From IMG/VR virus record IMGVR_UViG_3300007513_002727, positions 28,943 through 92,942 of that record: DNA of 64,000 nt. The stretch is one strand, 5' to 3'. This document shows positions 56,926 through 64,000 of this stretch, one piece after another. Each line of letters opens with the position of its first letter. Position 1 is the stretch's first letter. Made by a program: the position numbers and the translations under genes. The DNA is from a virus. The notes beneath the pieces were generated by a model. That model was not told where the DNA came from. It worked only from the letters and a program-made list of their open reading frames with translations, and did not search any database.

Positions 56926-57482
56926 AAAACAACTACAAAAAAATTATAAACTTAAAAGAAAATTCAGTATTAAATTACAACTTAAAAGCAAACTCGTCTG
57001 CTTGTTTATTCTTTTGTGATTATGCTGGTTTCATAACAGAAATTAACATAAACCTAGATACAAATTCTTCATGTGAGTTATATGGTTTCTTTAAAAATAC
57101 TAATGAAAACACTGCTGTTATTACTAAAGTAATACACAAAGGTAATAATTCAAAATGCGACCAAGATTTTAGATTTGTAAACAAAAATAGTATTAGTTCT
57201 TTTAAAGGTTTAATATCTGTTCCTAAACATATTAAAAATTGTGAAAGTCATATGACAAACAAGAATCTTTTACTAGATAATACTTCTCAAGCATTCGCAA
57301 AACCAGAATTAGATATTAAAAATTCTAATGTTGTTTGTACACATAGCAGTACAACTGGCACGTTAGATGAAGATCAAATATTTTATATTCAAAGCAGAGG
57401 ACTTTCTTACGAGGAATCTGTTAATATGCTCATAGAAGCATTTTATCAAGATATTAAAAGTAAAATGGAGGCAAGTTTATGA
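56916..57482 (+). CDS. sufD: SufD-like protein (C-terminal half only)
   Basis: SSFKGLI...NKNLLL...AKPELDI...VCTHSSTTGTLDEDQIFYIQSRGL. Confidence 0.85.
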   Translation: MEIKNNYKKIINLKENSVLNYNLKANSSACLFFCDYAGFITEININLDTNSSCELYGFFKNTNENTAVITKVIHKGNNSKCDQDFRFVNKNSISSFKGLISVPKHIKNCESHMTNKNLLLDNTSQAFAKPELDIKNSNVVCTHSSTTGTLDEDQIFYIQSRGLSYEESVNMLIEAFYQDIKSKMEASL

Positions 57483-57733
57483 AAGTAATAGAAATATTAA
57501 TATATGGTTTAGGTGTTCTAGAGTTTCCGTTTGATGACACTCAAAAATGTAGACCACAAGCAGAAGAACTTCTACAAGAAAAAACAATTTGGGTTGATGA
57601 AATTAATCGACCCGAATTTTGGGCAGAAGGCGATTACTGGATTGGCGACGATGGTAAACATTACCGTCTTGCTGGTTTTAGATGCATTGATAAGGAAACC
57701 GGAAAAGAAGTTGGCAAATCAGGATGGTACTAA
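57479..57733 (+). CDS. Hypothetical protein
   Basis: ATGA-coupled ORF. Confidence 0.55.
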   Translation: MKVIEILIYGLGVLEFPFDDTQKCRPQAEELLQEKTIWVDEINRPEFWAEGDYWIGDDGKHYRLAGFRCIDKETGKEVGKSGWY

Positions 57734-57742
57734 AATACTAAT

Positions 57743-58546
57743 ATGAAACTAGGTATTGTAGGACATGGTTTTGTTGGTTCAGCTGTTAATCAAGGTTTTA
57801 CCAAAGACACCAAAAAATATATTGTTGATCCAAAGTATTATAGCAGTAATACTATAGAAAGTTTAATTCAATTTAACCCTGACGCAACTTTTGTAGCCGT
57901 ACCTACACCAATGTTAGAAACAGGTGAATGTAATACTGACATATTAGAATCAATATTACAAAAATTAAATCAATACAAAGGACATCTTGTTATTGTTAAA
58001 AGTACTGTACCTGCATATAAGTTACAAGCAATACAAGAAGAGTGTGTAGATTTAAAAATAGTATACAATCCAGAATTTCTTACAGAAAAAAATCATGTAG
58101 AAGATTTTAGAAATCCGCCCATGCAAATATTTGGTGGACGAAATACAGATACAGATGCAGTAGAAAAGCTATACAAAGAACATTCAGTTTGTAAACCTTG
58201 TCCTACATACAAGACAGACATAGTAACAGCAAGTATGGTTAAGTATTGCATTAACAGTTTCCTTGCAACTAAAGTCACATTCATGAACGAAATGTATGAT
58301 GTATTAAAATCATCAAAAGGTTGTGACTGGAATACTTTTATAAAAATTATATCTAATGATACACGTATAGGTAAAACACATATGAAAGTACCAGGCAATG
58401 ATGGAATGCGTGGCTATGCAGGATCTTGTTTTCCTAAAGATACAAATGCACTGGCTTGGTTTGCACGAGAGATACTTAATAAACCTTTTACACAACTAGA
58501 AACAAGCATTAAAATTAACGACAATTTGAGAAAAAGGCAACAATGA
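57743..58546 (+). CDS. ugd: UDP-glucose/GDP-mannose dehydrogenase family protein (short form)
   Basis: GHGFVG, AVPTP, KSTVP, NPEFL, KYCINSFLATKV and GSCFPKD. Confidence 0.9.
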   Translation: MKLGIVGHGFVGSAVNQGFTKDTKKYIVDPKYYSSNTIESLIQFNPDATFVAVPTPMLETGECNTDILESILQKLNQYKGHLVIVKSTVPAYKLQAIQEECVDLKIVYNPEFLTEKNHVEDFRNPPMQIFGGRNTDTDAVEKLYKEHSVCKPCPTYKTDIVTASMVKYCINSFLATKVTFMNEMYDVLKSSKGCDWNTFIKIISNDTRIGKTHMKVPGNDGMRGYAGSCFPKDTNALAWFAREILNKPFTQLETSIKINDNLRKRQQ

Positions 58547-59304
58547 TATTACTTTTAGGCAATTGTATTGCACTAGGAGAACACACATTATTACCAGAAA
58601 TAACTGGCAATCCTAACGTCACAACAAAACACGATTATAGTTTAACTAGTCGAAAATGGAGGAAAGAAATTACTGCATGGTTTTTAAAAAAATATTATAA
58701 CCAACAAAAAGTTGCTGACAAAGAAATTTTAAGAACAGCGTTTAAAGAAAAACAAAAACAAGAAAAAAAATTAGCATTTCCTAACTACATCAAAGACTGT
58801 GTAAATGCATCAACATATGGTGCTACCTTTTTAGGAATTCATCAACAATGTAAAATATATTTGGAAAAAAACCAAAAACCTGATCTTGTACTAATCACAG
58901 ACTTTCCATTTGAAAATAGAGGTATTGCTATACATCATAACCAACAAAAATTCATAATCGAAAGTGCCATGTATTTTGTTGATCATAATCCAGAATTTGT
59001 GCCAAAACAAGCATATCAAAAATTTTTAGATAAAAGGAAATTACAAGAAAAAGTTGGGGAAACTTTTATTAATAAAAAACGTCAAAAAAGTTACAAACTT
59101 TTAATCAAGTTTTTGCATCATCATAATTTAAAATATAAATTTGTTATTTTCTACAAAAAAAATAAAAACTTTTTTGCTGAACACAATTACATAGATTGCA
59201 CACATTTTGTGGACCAATTTACAAATTCTGATCACTACCAACTATGTGCTAAAAAACTAGAACTGCAAAAACCTATTGCTGAACATATCAAAAAGCATAT
59301 ATAA
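58543..59304 (+). CDS. Degenerate SGNH-hydrolase-like protein
   Basis: LLGNCIALG, NASTYGAT and PDLVLI. Confidence 0.4.
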   Translation: MILLLGNCIALGEHTLLPEITGNPNVTTKHDYSLTSRKWRKEITAWFLKKYYNQQKVADKEILRTAFKEKQKQEKKLAFPNYIKDCVNASTYGATFLGIHQQCKIYLEKNQKPDLVLITDFPFENRGIAIHHNQQKFIIESAMYFVDHNPEFVPKQAYQKFLDKRKLQEKVGETFINKKRQKSYKLLIKFLHHHNLKYKFVIFYKKNKNFFAEHNYIDCTHFVDQFTNSDHYQLCAKKLELQKPIAEHIKKHI

Positions 59305-59307
59305 ACA

Positions 59308-59940
59308 ATGCTAGATCTTAAAGTATTACAGCCAAAAAAAATTTTAGGGTTAGGTAGATACCCTTTACCACACCAAGGAGATTTGTCAAAACCATACTTT
59401 ATAGCTGTTGGATGTAGTTTTACAGCTGGAGCAAGAATAGATTACAATGATGTTTGGTGTAATCAGTTAGGTAACAAATTAAATTTAGAACATATAAATT
59501 TAAGTTATCAAGGTTCTTCATTAGAATATCAGTATGAAAAAATATTACAATCAGAAACAATATTGTCCAATGCAAAATTTATTTTATGGATGCAAACATA
59601 TCCTCCACGATCTCATAGATTTTTCTTAAGAGATATAATTGGAGATCTCTATTCAAAAATTATTGCTCCTGATAAACCAATTATTTGGGAGAAGGTTGAA
59701 TATTATTATAATTTAGTTTCACACAAAAAAATTTTAATAACTAATTGTTGGGGTTGGGATTTAAAAACTAAAATTTTACTAAAAGCTAAAATTTGCAAAA
59801 AAAATAAAAACTATTTTTTTAATAAAAACAACCCTATAGATTATGGATCAGATAACCTTCATCCTGGTCCAAAATCACATTCAATACTAGCAAATGATAT
59901 GTATGATCATATGACAAAACATTTTTCCAGTTGGATTTAA
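59308..59940 (+). CDS. SGNH/GDSL hydrolase-like protein
   Basis: AVGCSFTAG, NLSYQGSS and DNLHPGPKSH. Confidence 0.75.
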   Translation: MLDLKVLQPKKILGLGRYPLPHQGDLSKPYFIAVGCSFTAGARIDYNDVWCNQLGNKLNLEHINLSYQGSSLEYQYEKILQSETILSNAKFILWMQTYPPRSHRFFLRDIIGDLYSKIIAPDKPIIWEKVEYYYNLVSHKKILITNCWGWDLKTKILLKAKICKKNKNYFFNKNNPIDYGSDNLHPGPKSHSILANDMYDHMTKHFSSWI

Positions 59941-59962
59941 CAATGCTGATAATTATTAACAT

Positions 59963-61309
59963 ATGTGCGGAATAGTCGGAATATACAACGTTCCTGAAGC
60001 CTCTAAAATTGCGGCCTTAGGAATTCATGGATTACAACATCGAGGACAAGAAGGTGCGGGAATTATTTCATACAACAAAGAATTTCATATCCATGGCGAC
60101 TATGGACGTGTTGATCATATTTTTGGTAGCGACAAAGTTATAAAAAATCTTCCAGGTAGTACAGCAATTGGACACGTTAGATACAGCACTACTGGAGGCA
60201 CAGGAAAAAGTAATGTTCAACCTTTATTTTATAATTTAGACTTTGGCGGCTTTGCTATTGCCCACAATGGTGACTTTACTGATTCTGCATATTGGAGAGA
60301 AAAGCTAACCAAAGAAGGTGCAATATTTCAAACAACAACTGACACAGAAATTATTCCACATTTGATTGCTCGAACAAAAGGTATTGATCCTGTGGATCGT
60401 TTACTTACAGTATTGAATAAAGTAGAAGGTGCATTTAGCATAGTAACTTTACTTGATGATAAATTAGTTGTTGCTCGAGATCCATATGGCTTTCGTCCTT
60501 TAGTTATAGGTCAATACGAAGAAGGGTACGCAATAGCATCAGAAACCTGTGCTCTTGATTTAATTGGTGCAACAAACATTAAAGATATCGATCCTGGTAC
60601 AGTAATCATATTCAGTAATGGAAAAAAAGAAACATTTTATTTAGATAAAAAAGTTACAAAACATTTTTGTATATTTGAACACATTTATTTTTCACGTCCT
60701 GATACTGTTATTGATAATCAATTAGTATACGAAGTTCGTAAAAGAATAGGAGAAGAATTAGCAAAAGAAAGTTATGTTGAATCTGACATGGTTGTTCCTG
60801 TACCTGATTCTGGAATGGCATCTGCACTTGGATATGCTAATCAATCAAAAGTACCTTTTGAACTAGGACTTACACGAAGTCATTACAAAGGAAGAACATT
60901 TATTGAACCTACACAAAAAATACGAGACTTAGGTGTAAGATTAAAACATAGTGCTATGCAATTGTTTAAAGATAAAACAGTTACCGTTATTGACGATTCT
61001 ATTGTACGTGGAACTACATCTAAAAAAATTATAAAAATGATACGAAAAGCAGGTGCTAAAAAAATACATATGCGTATCTCATCTCCTCCTGTAACTGGAC
61101 CATGCCATTATGGTATTGATACTCCAAACAGAAAAGAACTTATAGCTGGAGAAAGTAATGTAAACGAAATTAAAGAATTTATTGGTGCTGATTCATTAGA
61201 GTATATTTCTATAGAAGGACTACATAAAGCTATGAAAAGTAAGGGCTACTGCGACGCTTGTTTTACAGGCAACTATCCAGTTAAAAAACAATTGGCTATA
61301 AACGATTAA
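59963..61309 (+). CDS. purF: Amidophosphoribosyltransferase (Fe-S type)
   Basis: N-terminal MCGIVG, LQHRGQE, GHVRYST, VIDDSIVRGTT; Fe-S cysteines in CIFE, PCHYG and CDAC. Confidence 0.97.
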   Translation: MCGIVGIYNVPEASKIAALGIHGLQHRGQEGAGIISYNKEFHIHGDYGRVDHIFGSDKVIKNLPGSTAIGHVRYSTTGGTGKSNVQPLFYNLDFGGFAIAHNGDFTDSAYWREKLTKEGAIFQTTTDTEIIPHLIARTKGIDPVDRLLTVLNKVEGAFSIVTLLDDKLVVARDPYGFRPLVIGQYEEGYAIASETCALDLIGATNIKDIDPGTVIIFSNGKKETFYLDKKVTKHFCIFEHIYFSRPDTVIDNQLVYEVRKRIGEELAKESYVESDMVVPVPDSGMASALGYANQSKVPFELGLTRSHYKGRTFIEPTQKIRDLGVRLKHSAMQLFKDKTVTVIDDSIVRGTTSKKIIKMIRKAGAKKIHMRISSPPVTGPCHYGIDTPNRKELIAGESNVNEIKEFIGADSLEYISIEGLHKAMKSKGYCDACFTGNYPVKKQLAIND

Positions 61310-61317
61310 ATACACAT

Positions 61318-62949
61318 ATGAAACCATGGTTTGAAAGAGAATTAGCAGAAGCGGATATAATTAAATTCCCAGAGCCTGAAGCTAAAGTCGTACAAATGCC
61401 AAATGTGCAGGAGTATCCAGACTTTATTACAGGTGTACAAGATTTACAATCCAAGCAAAAAGACGGTACAATATCACAAGAATCATACGATAAACTTTAC
61501 ACAGAGCTAATACACAGATTTATGAAGAAAGAGAGTTTTGAAACTCCTTGGTTCATAAGAGAAGCTAATTTGAGCAGAGTTTCAACAGGATCACGAACAC
61601 TTTATATCAACAATATTAATAAATTATTAAAAAAAAATACACCTTTTCCTATTGGTAGACAAAAGAAAAAATTAAAAGGCACCTTTGTTCCCGATCCAGG
61701 ACAAGAAATTAAAGATTTCAGCGATACACTTACAGGAAAACTTAATGGAGAAGAAGTTGAAATAGCGGCAACTTCTCTTTTTAAAAGTGCAGATATAAGA
61801 GGTGGTCAAACACTAAAAACAGGAGAAGCGAAAAAACTTTGGAATACTGGATATGTATCGGAAGGTCTTTTTGGAATGGGATTATTCTTAGCATTATTAT
61901 TAGATCGTCCACTATCAGATATTGATATCAAAGACGGAGTTAAAAAATTTCTTAAAACAAATGGTGGTACAGTAACAAAAGTTAATCCAAAAACTAAAGA
62001 TAGTGTCTCACTAAAAATTTATTTGCCAGAAGTAGATTGGGACGGTTTAATTAATCCAAAAACATATGAGCATCCAGACATAATAGGACATTCTAAATCA
62101 ATTGCTGATTATACTAACAGCTCTGCAGATTGGAAAGAAATAGACAACAGTTTTGTAAAAAATCAAAAGATTGATAATATAGAAGTAATCGCAGATGGGA
62201 CATCTGCACAAAAAGCAACCAAGGTTGATGTCTATATCAAATATGCTAATGGCAAACGAATGAAATTTGAACGTTCAATTAAAAGTGGAAAGGTAAAACA
62301 ATTTGGGCAAGGTCCAGTAGGTGGTGCTTTAGGACAACGAGAAAAAAAATATGGCGAGAAAGGAACATCGCACCATTCTTGGTATCCTGGAAAAGGATCT
62401 AGAGAGGCACGTTGGAGTTATCAAGAAGATTTTTGGAATAATATGGGTGTAAATATCTCAAATGCAGAAAATGATTTTATGGGATATAAATCTGATATTA
62501 CAGACAAGTTAAATAAAAAAGCAAAATGGACAAAAAAAGACAAAGATATAGCCATAGACATTGAAAGAGAAATACATTATTTTCCATATCAAGTAGCTAC
62601 AAAAGAATTGAATGATAAGTTAAAAGGAAATAAAGATGAATACAAAACACTTATACACATTAATGGAGCATTACAAGATTATGCTGGTGCCAAAATGATT
62701 CACATTTATTCTGGAGGATACAGAGTAATGGATTTTAAAAAACTAGATAAGTTAGTTGGTGCCCTTGACCTAAAAGCATTTTTCAAAGATACAGGAATGT
62801 ATCCTAAAGTTATTATTGGAGACGATGATACACCTGCTGGAGAATTTATATCAGTAACTCTTAAAACGGATCAAGGCAAAGCATCAAACCAAGTTGATAT
62901 GGGCGAATTAATTAAAAAAGTAACCACTGTTGAAAAACGCGACTATTAA
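61318..62949 (+). CDS. Large late protein with a putative PD-(D/E)XK-like nuclease region
   Basis: TAAATA at 61307-61312; SEG...DG..QKATKVDVYI...RSIKSG. Confidence 0.45.
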   Translation: MKPWFERELAEADIIKFPEPEAKVVQMPNVQEYPDFITGVQDLQSKQKDGTISQESYDKLYTELIHRFMKKESFETPWFIREANLSRVSTGSRTLYINNINKLLKKNTPFPIGRQKKKLKGTFVPDPGQEIKDFSDTLTGKLNGEEVEIAATSLFKSADIRGGQTLKTGEAKKLWNTGYVSEGLFGMGLFLALLLDRPLSDIDIKDGVKKFLKTNGGTVTKVNPKTKDSVSLKIYLPEVDWDGLINPKTYEHPDIIGHSKSIADYTNSSADWKEIDNSFVKNQKIDNIEVIADGTSAQKATKVDVYIKYANGKRMKFERSIKSGKVKQFGQGPVGGALGQREKKYGEKGTSHHSWYPGKGSREARWSYQEDFWNNMGVNISNAENDFMGYKSDITDKLNKKAKWTKKDKDIAIDIEREIHYFPYQVATKELNDKLKGNKDEYKTLIHINGALQDYAGAKMIHIYSGGYRVMDFKKLDKLVGALDLKAFFKDTGMYPKVIIGDDDTPAGEFISVTLKTDQGKASNQVDMGELIKKVTTVEKRDY

Positions 62950-62992
62950 TCACTACACATTAAATCCCAAAAAATAAACCATAAGTATTAGT

Positions 62993-63571
62993 ATGACGGA
63001 TACTCAAGGCAAATTACTTGTAGCACCACCTAGTATGCCAGATTGGAGATTCCAAAAAACTGTTCTCTATGTTTGGCGTCATGACATATCAGGTGCGGCG
63101 GCAGTTATTATTAACAAAAAGTGTAATCACCCTGATTTTAAGCACATATGCGAAGAAGGTCGTGTTGATAGAAACTTACAAATTAATCTACCTGTATATT
63201 ATGGAGGCCCAATCTTAAACAATATTATTGGCGTCCTACACACAAAAGACTTTCAATTAGGAAGTACAAACGCAAATAGCAACTATCCACTAGCATTTAC
63301 ATTAGATAAAAAAATGCTTGAAGTTCTTGCAAAAGGAGGTGGACCTAAACAAAAAATGATTACAATGGGGATGGCAAGTTGGGAATCTCAACAACTTGAA
63401 GACGAAATAGATGCATTACCTCCAAGAAAACGTGCAATGAGTTGGTTAATATTACCGTATGATGAAAAAATTGTATTTGGACCACAACCAGAGGATCTTT
63501 GGGAAATGTGCGTTTCACGTGCTGTAGAAAATAAAACTAAAGAAATTACTAATAAGATTTTTAAAATATAA
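62993..63571 (+). CDS. YqgE/AlgH-family protein
   Basis: GKLLVAPPSMPDWRFQKTV...GA..IINK...YYGGP...GMASW..QLEDEI...W. Confidence 0.9.
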   Translation: MTDTQGKLLVAPPSMPDWRFQKTVLYVWRHDISGAAAVIINKKCNHPDFKHICEEGRVDRNLQINLPVYYGGPILNNIIGVLHTKDFQLGSTNANSNYPLAFTLDKKMLEVLAKGGGPKQKMITMGMASWESQQLEDEIDALPPRKRAMSWLILPYDEKIVFGPQPEDLWEMCVSRAVENKTKEITNKIFKI

Positions 63572-64000
63572 TTACCCGTACGGGCCAGCAATTGGACAGG
63601 TACTAGTTAATAAGTGCCAAAGTTTGTCATAGTCCCAATCAAAATTATGCTGTTCTTTTAAGTATTGTTTCTGCAATGGCCAAGCATCTTTCTCCATTTG
63701 ATTTACACAATCATAATCTATTTCATTTATATCCTGCAGATAATGAATTACTTCATGTAATAATACTGATAGGCTCCATGGATCAGTTCTATCCCATGTG
63801 TCTGGCAATATTATTAAATCAAGTTTAATATCATAAAATCCATGTAATGTAACACCTTCATACTTTTCACCACCATAATATGCTTCTTCCATTTTATCCT
63901 GTGTTACAAACAAAATCGTTGGTTCAGGAACATCTATATTATAATTTGTGTTAGCTCCTATCCAAATCATCAGAGCCATAATAATTTCTTTCATTGACAT
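63572..64000 (-). CDS. Zincin-like HExxH secreted protein (DUF6647-like)
   Basis: SVLLHEVIHYLQ...C...EKDAW.LQ; the ATG sits exactly at the window edge. Confidence 0.7.
   Translation of the reverse strand: MSMKEIIMALMIWIGANTNYNIDVPEPTILFVTQDKMEEAYYGGEKYEGVTLHGFYDIKLDLIILPDTWDRTDPWSLSVLLHEVIHYLQDINEIDYDCVNQMEKDAWPLQKQYLKEQHNFDWDYDKLWHLLTSTCPIAGPYG

Noticed and set aside
1-64000. Interpretation as a bacterial chromosome segment (dnaK, clpX, suf, purF, rplL, ssrA)
   Set aside because: Housekeeping genes lack their normal neighbours (no rplJ/rpoB, clpP, dnaJ/grpE, sufS or other pur genes) and are interspersed with PAAR, tail-fibre-like genes and T4-type late promoters.
1-64000. Alternative genetic code (stop reassignment, seen in some large phages)
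   Set aside because: Genes are full length under the standard code, and both TGA (ATGA overlaps) and TAG serve as genuine stops.

Overview
This AT-rich, densely coded window lies almost entirely on the + strand and comes from a large T4-like (myovirus/jumbo-type) phage. The host is most likely a marine alphaproteobacterium, probably SAR11/Pelagibacterales (inference). Phage evidence: T4-type late promoters (TATAAATA/TAAATA), a PAAR spike tip, a beta-helix tail-fibre-like protein, nrdAB, thyX, a PD-(D/E)XK exonuclease and a tandem family of small acidic virion-type paralogs. The auxiliary gene load is very large. (1) Translation and proteostasis: a circularly permuted two-piece tmRNA with a 22-aa ...RLAA tag, bL12, bS21, ClpX, ClpS, DnaK, Hsp20 behind a ROSE-like thermometer, and PIMT. 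(2) Iron and cofactor supply: SufB/E/C/D, an FTR1 permease, a BtuB-like TonB receptor beside a B12-binding radical SAM, a 10-Cys metallothionein-like peptide absent from the ORF track, and glutathione peroxidase. (3) A modification cluster with six paralogous HxD...H cupin dioxygenases, a DegT aminotransferase, an SDR and an SGGxDS ATP-pyrophosphatase. (4) Two unannotated structured-RNA candidates: a 6S-like rod behind a perfect sigma70 promoter and a late-promoter RNA. (5) A ParB-like DGQHR plus EHxxP gene pair resembling a split GmrSD/SspE system. Many genes appear to be transcribed leaderless. All calls come from motif recognition by eye; no database searches were run.
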